Source of the DNA: Octopus sinensis
Taxonomy: Eukaryota
Direction of reading: 5' to 3'
Assembly (NCBI RefSeq): GCF_006345805.1
Contig: NC_042999.1
Coordinates: 83,266,001-83,330,000, forward strand
DNA: 64,000 nt
Notes under the pieces: generated by a model
The model's database searches: none
What the model was told of the DNA's origin: nothing
Seen by the model: the letters and a program-made list of their open reading frames with translations, nothing else
Program-made: the position numbers and the translations under genes
Shown: piece by piece, positions 27,990-41,999 of the stretch
Layout of the letters: each line of letters opens with the position of its first letter
How positions within the stretch are numbered: the first letter of the stretch is position 1

Positions 27990-28272
27990 TATATAAATTG
28001 TATAAAGGATCATAGGTGAGGCCAGAACAATGCGAAGTAAAAGCAAAAAGCAAATCACAAGAAAACAAATATGTGAATTAATGTAGACTTACTTTGCATT
28101 CAATATTTTGGGGTTATGATCTCATCCTCAAGAAATCAATGAATGGGTTCATAACCCCGAAATATTGAATGCAAGGTAAGTCTACATTAATTCACATATT
28201 TGTTTTCTTATGATTTGCCTTGCTTTTAATTCACATTTTTCAGGCTTTACCCACGATCCTTTATATAATATA
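27990..28272. mobile_element. Fold-back element with ~135-bp inverted arms and hammerhead-like remnant (UUGAGGA-U-GGGUU-CAU-AACCC-C-GAAAU-AUU-GAA)
   Basis: 27990-28126 is the reverse complement of 28141-28272; both arms end in gatcctttata plus AT-rich sequence. The HHR-like core is reconstructed from both arms. Confidence 0.55.
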
Positions 28273-31063
28273 TTCTACACAATGCTTCATAGTAACTATT
28301 CCATAGATATATGTATATTTATATATAGTGACAAAGGTGGTCCTCAGATGTGTTTGATCATAACTGAGTCAGGTCTCAGCTGAGGCTGAATGATGTGCAG
28401 AAAAGATTCACAGCCTACTGCTTCCTTTTACTGACCTTCTCATCACTTTTTGCTGTCATTTTGTTGTCTGCATCATCCTACCGATCACCCAGTCACTGCT
28501 ACCATCACCACCTTCATTTACATTAACTGGGAGTTTGCAAGATGCAGAGAGCAAGGAGAGTTTGTAAAGCATGCAATTTCTCTCCCCCTTGTAGCTCAGC
28601 ATCGCATTGGTTGTCACTTTGCACCACCTGAATCAAAGAAATAGCCCCATACTCAGCTGATCAAGATGCTCACCCTGAAATTATTTCCTGCTGTCTTAAA
28701 AGGTAAGGACACATTGCCTAATGTAGTTAGAGATATGCTATATCTGGAAATGAATCGAGATAGTTATGGCTGGAATGCCTTTAATGATAGGGTTTACTGC
28801 TTGATCAAGGTTGAGCGTGGGCCAAACAAATACAACAAACCTTTTTCTACTGCAGCTCCTTCTACTTCATTAGGCCGTAATTACTAAGGCTAATACCACT
28901 ATCACCTCTACAACTATCTCCATTGTGAGCTGCTGTGTGTTAAGAGTGGGAAGGAGTCATGGTGGGTGTATAGGGTTGTTTTGAGTGACTGATGATTAAT
29001 GAGGCCATCAACATCCGATATTATAACTGCTGTTACTATCACTGCTCTGTGTGTGTGTGTGAATGATAAACATGCATTACCCAATGCATATAGACTGTTC
29101 TTGGTTCACTATCACCACAATTACTAGCACCATATTTGCCGTGAGGGTATAGGTGTGATTGTGTGTCTGCAGGGTGGGAGATATGTAATTAATTAGCTGA
29201 ACTTCTCTTCATCTCTTTCCACTACTCTCACAACCAAGACCCTGTGAAACTACCTGGCCACTGGTACCATATCTGCTGTGATATATGATAAGTGTGTGAA
29301 GGGCTGAAGAGAGTGGAGTTATTCTGAACCTTTTCCCCATTACACCTGACCAACACTTGAGGTCACTTCATCTGCTAAAAATAGGAACCAAGTCTCCTTC
29401 TAATCACACCATACCATCTTAGAAAAGGATATGTTGGGTTAATGTCCTCCTGGCTTCTTTGTACCCAGGGATGGTCATGCCTGGAAGCCCTTTGGTCTGC
29501 TTGGTCACGGCTGACCTGAAACTGAACAGCTATAACAATCATAACCAAAGAAGCCAATGAGGACCCCTGACATGTTAGAAATTCAAGCCAAATCTTATTT
29601 CATATTGCCATCATGAAAAAAAAAAATGTTATGGTTGAAGCATCTTTGATCATATCTGCTTGTTTCAGTGTGATCCAGAGCTAAGCATCCTCACCATGAT
29701 CCAATCACTTTTGTCTGTGATCATCCCTTACCATTTTTGATGTGAGATTGTGTATATATATTAAAGAGTAGTGATAGTAGATGGAGTGGGGAGAGGGTAT
29801 CATTGATTCCCTTTCCACTCCTTTTCTCAATACACTTGACTGCTTTTATGATGACTAACACCATCATTATTATATTAACTCTGACTAATACTATTAACAT
29901 CTTGATGTGTAGGTGTAGTAAAGGGTACCATGACTGTTATGTAGCTTATTGTTTGACCTCCTCCTCTTACCTGACTGACACTCCTACTACCACAATAGGG
30001 ACTTCCACCACCATTATCATTATCATCATCGTCATCAACACTGCTTCTACTGCAACTAATCCCAACATTCATTGTGTCTAGTACGAGATTGTACCAGAGG
30101 TTTATGTACTTAATTAATTAACAAATATACTCATCATCACATTTATCAATACTGAGCGACTACTGACCAACCATTCTATCCACTCAAGACTGTATTAACA
30201 TTATTATAGGCCACAAAGCAATGCACTAGAGCCTCTATCCACACATCTGTGGCATACATAGCTTAGCGTTGGACACCTTAGACCTATGGGATTCCCAAAT
30301 AGCAGCTCAGGGTTTCCATGCCTTATTGCAGCACTGCTATCCAATGATCACTAACCACCTAAAACTACAGTTGCTATAGCTACTCACCCATCAACTGTGA
30401 CTAATCAAAGTGACTCTTATAAAGTTTGCTATGAGCACAGGTAATATTTTGAGGACCAATGATGTTTGAACTTTTTGATGAAGGAATCTTTCTGAATTGT
30501 TGGATAATTTTGGCCCCTATTCATATTAAAATTAAAATGCTTATTTTGTGAGATTTAAAATTTTGTTTTCTTCTTTTTTTTTTTTTAATACAGTACATCG
30601 AGTTGTATATCTGTAGTATCACTACTGGGGTGAGGCCTACCACTACACATTCACATGAATGGATTCTTTGTAATGGTCATAACTATGTTAAAGTACATCC
30701 TAGGTGTTCATATATTCACATGAGCATATTTATACATGTTTGAATATATGTTTATCTATACGTGTGTGTGTGTGTATATATATTTCATTACCAAGGATAG
30801 TATTGACAGTACTTTGATGATGGCTTGGACGTTTGAAACTTCGATGTCACTGTTAATCATATTCTTGTTGAAGAATAATGAATTTGTACTCCACCTAATG
30901 TAGAGAAATCCTTCAGTTTAGTGTAAAACTATTTTTTATTATTACATAGAAACAAACATTAATACATATTACTGAACATGCATACAGAATGTATGTGCTT
31001 TGCTTGTCTGCCAGCCGGCTGCGATTTAACATGGAGGAGATGACTCTTTCAAAGTGCTGTAAT

Positions 31064-31100
<37 letters not shown>

Positions 31101-31589
31101 CGATCACGCAAATGTGCATTTATACATGCACACATGCTTATCTGTGTGCATGTATATGTGCATTCACATACTTAAATGCATATTTTAAGGTATGTAACGT
31201 CAGTGATATATCTTTTAAAGATATATATATATATATATACGGGCAGTAATGCATGCATATTTAGTAATTGCATTTTACTGAGCTTCAGTACTTTATCATA
31301 AATTATAAGCACATATATACGCAAACACATGAACATGTTGCATTTTACAAACATACGCACATGCATAAGTGCACATACAAATACACATATATACACACAC
31401 ACACAGAGCCTTAGTCATTCATTAAGTCATAATTCAACACTCTTTTGTCATTTAATTTTCTCATCATTTGTTAATGTTATTGTTGCTGCTGTTACTACTG
31501 CTAAATAGGAGTTAATGATACAGAATTTGTGATTGAAAAAAAATGAAAGAGAGGGACAAGACAAAAGACAAAATATTGTGGAAGGAAAA

Positions 31590-32486
31590 TGGATTGTTTT
31601 AATATAGTTTTGCTATATATACATATGTGTGCGTGTGTGTGTGTGTGAGAGAGAGAGAGTGAAAGAGAGAGAATGAGGGAGAGTTAGTGTGTATGTATTA
31701 TATTTCTTTTCTGGGAGATTTCTTCATTCATATTTTGATCAATGTTGTGAGACATATCTCATTTTTATCTACCTATCTATATGTATGCGTATCTATATAT
31801 ATATATATATATATATATAAATACATATATATACATATATATTTGTGCATATATACATATACATAGATTTATATGCATATATGTGTGTGTCTCTCTATAT
31901 AGATGTATATGCATATATGTATATATGCATGGAAATGTGTGTGTGTGAGCATACAGATATATATTTGCATATACATGTTTTCTGCATATGTATGTGCATT
32001 TGCTTATACACACACACATGTATAGTCATGTGTATAAACATAAATACATATAACTATATTCTATACATACTTATGTATGTACATATGTATATGTGTGTGT
32101 TTGTGTATAAGTATATAAATATGTGCACATGTATATGGCTATTATACCTATGTATATAAACCTATACACATACGAATACACATGCATATATGTGTATATA
32201 GATATGTTTATATGTATGTACATATTTGTATATGTATATACACACATTTGTATATATTTTTATATGTACACACACATATATATATATACTTATATTTATA
32301 TACATATACACATTATGCATATATATATACATATTTAAATATATGTAAAGATATGTATGTATATATATCATTTATTTATAAATATGTATATATATTTTTT
32401 TAGTTTTACACCTGCTTGGTGTATGTTTTTTGTGAATGTATATGTGTGTGTGTATGTATATATAATATATTATATATATATTTATA

Positions 32487-32526
<40 letters not shown>

Positions 32527-32540
32527 TACATATACATACA
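31590..32540. repeat. Degenerate TA/TG/CA low-complexity tract
   Basis: Direct reading. Confidence 0.9.
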
Positions 32541-32946
32541 CCTTATTTTTAAAATCTACCATTTTTTCCCTTCTATCTGGTTTGATCACAACATTCCAAT
32601 GAATTTTTGCTAAATGGACAGAAGAATATAAATAAATGACAAAAAATAAATGATTAAAAAAATGAACAGCAATGAAGAAATGGAAAGTATTTGAGGACAG
32701 TAAGAAAGAAAATTTATAATAATGCAGGAAATAGAAAAGGAAGAAGGCTTGATAAACTTAAAGAATTATATCTTTGAAAAGTAAGAAATAAAAAGAAAAA
32801 AAGATTCTGTGAAAAAAAAAAATACCGAAATGCAAAAACATTTCTTGCATGTTCCCCTGTTCTTGAAACCTGTACAGTAACTCTTTTTAAAAGAAGTCAT
32901 CCAAAAGAAAAGGGAATTTTTTTTTTTCCATTTTATGTTTTTCAAC

Positions 32947-32979
<33 letters not shown>

Positions 32980-33769
32980 TATGTATATATGTGTGTATAT
33001 ACATATATACTTTGTTCCTTGAAAATCACCCCTCCTCCCCCCTCAAAAGAGAAACAAAAATAACCCCAAAAGATCAATAGAAGAACATTCTATTCTGTGA
33101 AACATTAACAAAAACCCTCCTTCCATCAAATATATTTCACAAATGCTCCCCCCTCTATCCACTACCCAATGCTTCTCCTTCCTTCCCCTCTAATATTTTT
33201 TTTAGTAAAATATATTATGTAAATTTTCCCACCTTCCTTTCTTCCTGTCAAACATATACAATATACAAACTCAATCCCAACCAAGACTTAATACAAGTGA
33301 CCCCATCCCCGTTTTTTGTAAATTCCGTTTTTCCCCCTTTAATGAAATACCCTTCCACATTCAAAAATAAAACAACCCCCAAGTCAAACGATTACAACTT
33401 TCTCATTTATGAGAATGATTCTTCTTTCGTCTACCGATTCTGGAAGAAATGTTTAATTTTGACCATTTTTAGGGCGATACATATTGCCAGTTTTAATTAA
33501 ATTCTTGTTATAAATTCGTTTTATTTTGTTCTTTTATCTCTTCATTGTTTTACCTACATGCAATCACGTGATACATGAGTACAAAAATATCAATCTGTCT
33601 ATCTATCCATACACATATGTGCATTTGTGTTTATATAACCAGGTGGGGAAAGCTAAGGGAATCATTACCTCTGCTGACAGCAAAGGTATTCTCTCACTAT
33701 GTGAAGGGTAGATTATTTGATGCCTATGTATGAGTTGTGATGATGTATTGAATTAGGAGAATGTGCGAA

Positions 33770-33910
33770 GGCTGGAAAGTAATGTGTGATGTTAATGTGA
33801 TTGAATAATTGCATGCAAATGAACTTTGAGAAAATGTGTTATAAAAGGAATCGGATGTGGAGTGAAAGAAAAAAAGGCTATGCTGGTATGGGCATGTGAT
33901 AGCAGTAAAC
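33770..33910 (+). pseudogene. Short RT C-terminal (thumb) remnant of an RTE/CR1-like LINE
   Basis: aaaaggctatgctggtatgggcatgtg = KRLCWYGHV (RLRWYGHV-type motif). Confidence 0.4.
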
Positions 33911-34984
33911 AGAAAGCTGTTCACTTTGGATGAGGGTGAGATCTGAACATAGACGCTACTACAGATGTCACCATTCTTGCTTCATTATTGCAACTGAAAG
34001 AAGTAGTAAGTCATTCAAGTGGAAGGAACTTGTGAAAGAGAAAGATATGGGATAAAGATGAATGGACTGAGACTCAAGAAGGAGTTTGACACTGGATTGT
34101 AAAATTATTATGTGGTGAAGCAGGACTGTGCTGTGAGAAAGAGACCTATAAAATAATGATTATGTATTATTGATGACTTAGTGTAGATTTAAAATACTAG
34201 TTTTTGTTGTTTTTTTCTTCTGCTAATTAACTTTTAATCCCTGATATGTAACTTGGGCAGAAACTACATTTCTACGTATAAGAGCAGATTTTTAAAGCAT
34301 TCCCTTGGCCATTTTGAACTTCAGCCATTCTATGTGGTATGAAACTTATGATCCGACCACCATCATCATTCAACATCGGTTTTCCATGCTGACATGGGTT
34401 GGACGGTTTGACAGGGAGCTGTACCAGGTTCCATTTTACTGAGTGTCCTGGGTGCTTGTTATGTGTTACCATCACCAGTGCTTTTTACTTGGTATCAGCC
34501 AGGTCACCAAGTACTTTGCACGACAAAAAAAACCCTCAACTGAGGAAGGGAAGTAGTATTGAGGGGATATGAGTATGTGCCAGTTGAGAAATTTAAGGTA
34601 TAGAGGGTGCAGATCTAGGTGTCTTGCTGTAGAGGAGATACGTGGATATCCCAGTCGGAAAACAGTGAGTTAGAGAGTGATAGTGAAAAAGATGATGGCG
34701 AAGATATGTTGGGACATACACTCGAAGCACATTAGGGTGGTAGTGAAACTAGGTGAGGCTCTTGAGTTGGGTGGGTGGATTTGATGCAGTGATCACAGCA
34801 AATAATGAAGAGAAATACAGGATGAAGGTTGTGATAGATATGTGAGGACATTGAGGATGATATCAGGTAAATGAGGTGTTGATGATGGAGAGCAGCACAG
34901 GGAGTGGGTAGAAGGCGCAGAAATGAGGAGGTCATTGGTGAAGACAGTAGATCGGAGAAAAGGTAATTGAGAAAGCCAAGGGTG

Positions 34985-35270
34985 TAGTATGTGCCATCTC
35001 TGTTCTCAGGTGTTGTCTTCAATACTGATGTAGCTGATATAACCTTCACTTTTGCTGCCAGACATTCCTACATTCTTGGTATCTCCACTTATAGTTTAGC
35101 ATATTTTTTGTTCTTTGCGGTATTTTTATCTAAAGGAATTGCAACGTCTATTGTGATGCATTCTCTTTTCCAAGTCATGTATAGTATTTGGGCTACGCTG
35201 TTCAATTAGTCTGGATGTCAAAATCCCATAGAATATTTGATTTACTATGTACAGTTAGAGTCGCTTCTGC
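34985..35270 (-). pseudogene. R4/Dong-type restriction-like endonuclease fragment
   Basis: Minus strand: ILWDFDIQT...KRECITIDVAIPLDKN...KYAKL*VEIPRM*...KVKVIS. Confidence 0.7.
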
Positions 35271-38200
35271 TACATGATCGTACTACTTATAAGAAGTATT
35301 CTGTCCACTTTTATTTTTATTCATTTATTCTTTTTTTTTTTAAGTGACCACTGTCTGTCGTTGGCTTATTAAAAATAGAAAGCAATCGTAAGGAACAAAG
35401 AGCGAATTAAGTCATCGCCTAGGTGAAAGTGCTGAGTGAAAAGAGAATAAATTGCATGGAAATAAACGAAATTAACTTGAAAGTGTATGGTATGAACAAT
35501 ATAAATGATGAGATTGGCAATATACATTTGATGGAATTGTTATTAAATGCAGAAATGGGCCAAGGGGTCAGACGAAATCTATCCCAGAAAGGTCAAGCAG
35601 AAATGGCGAACACTTACGTCACTTCTGTCATATATTACCGCCTGACTGTTGTGCATTGCCCCAGTTCACGTCTTACCTAACTGGAGCGTCCGTTCTTCAT
35701 TTTTCTGTGGAGGAGATGAATTCCACTGGTCAGTATCACCATTTGTTGTCAACACCCACTCAGTAGAGGACTGGACAAAATGTGGCAGATGATCCAAAGA
35801 CATACGCTATTTCCTTGACGGTGAGCAGGTGTGATCGCCGTTTGTCTGACTCACTTTTCCACAGTTCGTCTATTTGACAAAGTCACAGTTTTGGATCCAA
35901 TATAGACCAAGAGAAAGTGTCTGGTATATCGAGTGACTTGGGACGCTCACAGCCCTCTGTCAGTCGGGTCATACAAGTAGAAATTTCACCACAGCGTTCT
36001 GTGGCGGGCAACAGCGACGATATACTCGAGATCTTTCGAATCATGACTCGTGTTGCAGCACGAGAAATCCTTGGCCTGGCAGTACTACTGGGAGATGGGC
36101 ATTGCCGATTCGAGTTAAATTTGTAGCAAATTAGTTGAAAATTGTAAATGGCAAGGACGGTTCAAGTGAACAGACTTGCTCTGAGTGAGTGCCTGTTGAT
36201 TTAGGAATGAAAATAGGAATAAGGCAATTGCCCTGGAGTTTAGTGTGTGTGTGGTTTGGTGGTGGTGGGAGTTCCACGAACAACCCCGTGAGGAGTTCAT
36301 ACATCACTTTGGTGGTGGTGGTGATGGTAGGTGGAATTATTTCTTGTTTGAACTTTTGTTTGTTATCACACTTTTATGTAACCTCACGTTATAAACATCC
36401 TGTACTATTCTCGATCTTTCTGTGAACCCTCAATGATCAATAAAGAAAACATTATTACATGGGGAAACAAGGTGGCAGAATTGTTAGGGCGTGGAACAAT
36501 GTCTTAGAGTAGTTCTTGCGGTTCAAATCTTGCCGAGGCGAGCGTCGTCTCCCATCCACTCGGTGTCGACAATATAAAGTACCAGTCAAGTACTGGAGTC
36601 AATGGCATCGACTAATTCCTTCTCAAAATTGCTGGCCTTGCGCCTAAATTAGAAGCAATTATTTTAGGGCGGTGAATTGACAGAATTACTGGAGCGTCGG
36701 ATAAAATGCCTTGCCATATTTGATTTTGGCATTTGATTATGAATAAATTACAAACAATTATTATATTCTACAAATTAAAGATTCGTTACAATATTTGGTT
36801 TCACCAGAAACGATATTTAAAAAAAAATGTAAGTTCGCAAAATATCGCAAAGAACACATGTCCTTGAACATAAAACCCTCTAACGATAAAGATCTAAACA
36901 GTTTGATATACGTGGAAAAGAAATTTGTACTATCTCCCTGCCCCTGTCTGACTGTGGAAGCACTCCGTCGGTTACGACGATGAGGGTTCCGGTTGATCCG
37001 AATCCTGTCTGACTATATATGTATCTCACACACTCTCTCTCTCTCCCTCTCATATATACGTGTGTGTATGTGTATCTCTTATCGGCCTATAGCAGTACCA
37101 TGTTTTTTTTCTACAAGTATTTGTTTAGGGTCCACAATAGAGCAAGCAGTCTTAATATTAATTCGTGTAACACGAATAACGATTAATACCGTCACAACAT
37201 TAAAATGTAGTTAGTTATTTACTATTAGCTGTCTTTCTTTTTATTTTTCCTTTTTTTATGCTAGTGTGAGAAGTATTTTTCGGTTTGTAAATATTTATAC
37301 TTATTTTCGTTATTATTTATACTCTTTAATGCTAGCACTTTATACTTCAACTCTAAATGGGATTTAGATGAGTTTTCAGCGGCAAAATTGTTTACAAATG
37401 CTTCTGCTAACTTCCGATTGAAGTCGAGTTCTAACAAACCCCTAATTACATAGTTTCACTATTGATTAGCGATCGACCAAGAACGATGGTCGAATTAAAT
37501 CTATAAATCTATAACGAAGGGCGTAAAAATTGCAGTGCCGAAACTTGTCTTTTCTCCAGCAAGACCATAGACCCTGCGTAGTTTGTTTCTCTGTTCGCTT
37601 ACGGCAAGGTGTGAACTAGAGCAGGAGAGCAAGAAAGGGGGGTAGATATAGAAGAATGGGTTGCTAGATGTCGGTTGTTGGTATGGAGATTGACTAGGAA
37701 AAGTAGCATTAGTGATGTAATTGGGAAGGGAAAATGATGGGGTAGCGATAGAGAGGTGAAAGAGTATAATAGAAGTGGGATGGAGTGAGTATTATGCGAG
37801 AACGATAGAAAGAGAGAGAGAGAGGGATAGCGATGAATAGCAATATTGATGTGTGATAGTAAGGGTAGCTGATGAACAATAATGATTAGGGAATGCAACA
37901 GAGAGACAGATGTTAATGAATAACAAAAAAAAAAAAGTAACGAGACAGAGAGAAGCTAGCAATAATGAATATATCCAGATCTGATATCAACCCTCATTAT
38001 ACAGGTGGCGTGATGGTAAAGTGGTAGGGTCATAAAAGGATAATAGTGATTTGGGAAGTTAAATGCGAGTACATCTAGATTCCAACCACTATTAGTACTA
38101 TTTTTACACCCGTTTTGCTATTCTTGATTGAATGGGTAGCACTTCTCCAACACCGCAGATCGCCGCTTTTGGTTCTTCGTCATCTCCATCGCGAGGTTCA

Positions 38201-38291
38201 GATTCATGAGATAAGTTTTCGTCATTCCATTCTCTATCTTCCTGTGTCCCCTTCTATTACAGGTACCATCCACTTGAAGCTCACCGACAAT

Positions 38292-39500
38292 TTAGGTGCA
38301 AAAATAATGACGGTTTTTATTTTAAAATTTGATGCTTATTTTGGAATAAACTTTCATTTAACTATGTTCATGTAACACACCATTTTGAAGTGCAGATTTT
38401 TTTTTATTGATTTGTGGTAATAGTTTTGCATTTACTGTTTCTTCTTGTTTATTTTAAGCTGTCAATAAAAAGCGAAGAAGAAAAACCCCAGTAAATTTGA
38501 GCGATTGTATTGTACGAGTTCAAAATGGAACTTAAAACGGTAGAAACTGGTTGCAATATCATCCAAACGTTTAGTCAAAGGAACGTCAAGAAAAGTGCAG
38601 CCCAGTATTGGTTCCACAGAGTAAAGACGCGAGCCTCGAGGAAAGTCGTGGCTGACCTTCAATCACTTGAAAGCCAGTGCTGAAATGAGCCACGTAATAA
38701 AAAAAAAAAAAAAAGCGAGAAATTGTAAAGGAACTAAACGGTAACCATTCAATAATTGTTCGACATTTGTACCACAGAGGATGTTATAGAAAAATGGTGT
38801 CACATGAGCTGAACGGAAATCTTTTAAAATCGCCATTAAGAAGTTTGCTCTGAACTTCTTTTGCATATCAAAAGCCATCTATTTCTCGATCTTACTATAA
38901 AGTGTGACAAAAATGGAAGTCTATACGGTAGCTATCAACATTCCGCACATTGTCGGGATTGAGCTGAAGCTACCCATTACATTCTCAAACAGAAGCCACA
39001 TTAAAAAGATATATATTTCTTTATTGCCCACAAGGGGCTAAACATAGAGGGGACAGACAAAGGGATTGAGTCGATTACATCGACCCCGGTGCGTAAATGG
39101 TACTTTATTTATCGATCCCTAAAGGATGAAAGGCAAAGTCGACCTCGGCGGAATTTGAGCTCAGAACGTAACGGCAGACGAAATACCGCTAAGCATTTCG
39201 CCCGGCGTGCTAACGTTTCTGCCAGCTCGCCGCCTTCAACATTAAAAGTATATAGTCATGGTTTGGTTGTCGCTAAGTAGAATCATCTAACACTATTTCT
39301 TGAATTTTGATGAAAAAAAAAATGCAGCTGAGGCGTATGATGAAGATCCGATAAAATACATCAAAAGTTCAACGTTTACATCCAGCATTGGCTAAATGGA
39401 AAGGACCAATTCTTCGTCATGACAAACACCAGACCCCATGACCCACAAATGACTGCAGAAATTAAATGAAATGGACTACAAAATTTGGTACAGGACTTCA
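38292..39500 (+). pseudogene. Decayed mariner (DD34D-type, Hsmar1-like) transposon interrupted by a SINE
   Basis: TIR-like ttaggtgcaaaaataatgacggttttt at 38292. Fragments: IVLYEFKMELK...QYWF, KW(V)SHELN, EVCSELLL...FLD...CD.KW, VMVW, KGPILRHD..RPH...KLNE. Multiple stops and frameshifts. Confidence 0.8.
39014..39234 (-). mobile_element. SINE, family A, inserted in the mariner relic
   Basis: Full-length copy flanked by an imperfect direct repeat (acattaaaaagatata / acattaaaagtatata), probably a TSD. Confidence 0.85.
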
Positions 39501-40892
39501 ACAACTAGGAAATAACTCAAAATACCATAGAGTAATCCGTCAAAATCAGGATTCTATAATTCTGTGCCATCAGAAAAACGAACATGCTTCTTCTTGTCAG
39601 AAATGTGTAGATTCTAATGGCTATGCTTTTCTGTTAATAAAGTTTATCAGCTGAGATATATTCTTTTATAGCTGATAGAAACTTGCAATTACTTTTCCCA
39701 CCTACCGGATGAAACTGTTCCTACACATAATATTCATCACATGTAGCAGTACAGTTTTACTTCTTACATATTACATTTGATTCCATTACATGCAGCTTCT
39801 CTCTCAGCTCATTTATGATTCGTCCCTCGTACACACTAACATTACACATCCATTGGAGTATGCACGTTTTATTCTTTCTAGTCGTGGCAAAACTAACGGC
39901 ATTCAAACCCTATATTTTCCCTATCTTGCAATATCTCACTTCGTTTACAAACGCCGTGCAATCCGTCTTTTACTCTGAGAGAAAACCCCTTTGTTGCCAG
40001 CAGAAGATATATGTACCCTGAACTTTTTCCACCCCGTTCTTTAATCTGATTTTAAATCACTATGCTTTTAAATCACCCATCTCCACTGTCAAGTATATGA
40101 CCTAGGTAACAAAAGCCACCAACTACTTCTAGACGCCATCCGAATATTTGAAAGAATCTATTTCAGGTGAACTCTTACCACTAACTGCTCCTGTACATCC
40201 ATCATATACGAAGCCTACCTTCTCTTTTATCTGTTTTTGATCCCGCTACACCTCTTAAGCGCTTCTATAGTTTACAGAGAATATATCGCATGAAATATCT
40301 ATTCCCACCCACACACATTTCTTTTGGCTTGTCGTACATGGCTATTTTTCTACAGACAGCAGAATCTTGCCTTATATATAGAACTTTGCTTCTTCGCAAC
40401 ATTTCAACTACTAAAAGAGGAAATATTCAAGATATAACTCTCTAAAATAAAGGGAGCGCCTGGAATATTTTTGAGTGACTGGGGTAAAATTTTGGCATCA
40501 AAAACTAAATATATCTTCGATGTGGAGCTGCGCTCATATTACAAATATTTCCTCATGTTGTCCCGAGCGTGTTAGAACATATTTCATTATCTTAAGGCTT
40601 AAATGATTTTTCAGTATCCCAACATAAAACAGACGTGAATATCAAAAATTTCAAACAATTACCGTGTAGGTTCTTTGGGAAAATGATGCACTTGGAGCCT
40701 GGGGTATCAAACTCTTTCATTGTTCAATAATTAAAATATACTTTAAAGGCTTGAGATATCCCTGGTAGTACCCCAGCATTGGCCACATGCCACTGGCTAA
40801 AGCAGTAAAAGAAAGCGGGTGTGGACATTATATATATATATATTTGTGTGTGTACGAGTGTATGTATAATATATATGTGTGTGTATCTTTTA

Positions 40893-41090
40893 TCTTTTAC
40901 TTGTTTCAGTCATTAGACTGCGGCCATGCAGGAGCACCGCTAAGTTATGGAGCCGTAAATGCTGGAGCTTTCTACTAAGTTATGGAGACGTAAGTATGCC
41001 GACACCGGTTGTTAAGTGGTAGTGGGGGACAAACACACACACACGTATGTATATATAAGAAAAGGCATAAGTAATGGACTTTACATATTT
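40893..41090 (+). mobile_element. Dispersed repeat (ttttacttgtt(t/c)cagtcattagactgc(g/a)gccatgc...)
   Basis: Second copy at 60936-61140. Confidence 0.6.
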
Positions 41091-41305
41091 ATTTGTGCGT
41101 CGATCTATTGAGCAAATTGAACTATGAACCCACCAACGATGTATATCTGAAGCAGCTGTAGATCTATGCACAAATAAATAAGTATGTATACCTTTTCTTG
41201 TATATCACTCTGTGAGAAATACCATATTAACTGGCAAATGCATCCACGGATTTACAAAGTCAATTGATGATGGATTTCAGCTTCGGATCTTGTCTGAAGA
41301 TTTCC

Positions 41306-41337
<32 letters not shown>

Positions 41338-41999
41338 CATGTGTGTGTGAAACGTTTTATCTATCCGCCTACCTACCTATCCACTTATACAGATACAAAC
41401 ACACATATACCACACATGTTCTTATCCAAAATACGAAAGTGCTTAATATTCACAGATGTTAGAAGAGTGCTGAGTCAGTTTCATGCGTACTACGTGTAAG
41501 CTAAACAAGGTTACAGTCATACATCTACAGGTTTAGATTAATAAGTCCTAATGCTGGCTGTCTTTAAGAGCGGATTGAGAAGAAATAACGTATGACGCTG
41601 AATAGATCGAATTTCACTTGACATTTTTAGATGGTCACATGTACTTTTACGTCAAGTTCCATCATTTTACATAAAAAGACTGACTTAACGTTTATGTGAT
41701 GGACGGCATTATTAGTTATTAATTTCATTTTTTCTTGTGTGTATGCTTGAGATTAAATGGCAACTCGACAAAATGTTGAATTTATCCTTATGACAAAAAC
41801 CACTATTCTTAAATATTCACGCTTTTGTTCTGCGTTGAGCCAGTTATTCATATTTTGGACTCCAAATATATTTGAAGATTGCTGTGGTGTTTTCTGGGTA
41901 CCAGAATGGAGTGAATTCATGATTTGGTGCATGATATTTTAAAAAGATTGCTCAGGGAGGCCTATGTAACTAAATGAATTGTAGAAACGTAAGCACAAT

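Noticed and set aside
35700-36130. CpG-rich stretch with an RPRIS motif suggestive of Tc1 N-terminus
   Set aside because: No further transposase motifs could be recovered in any frame.
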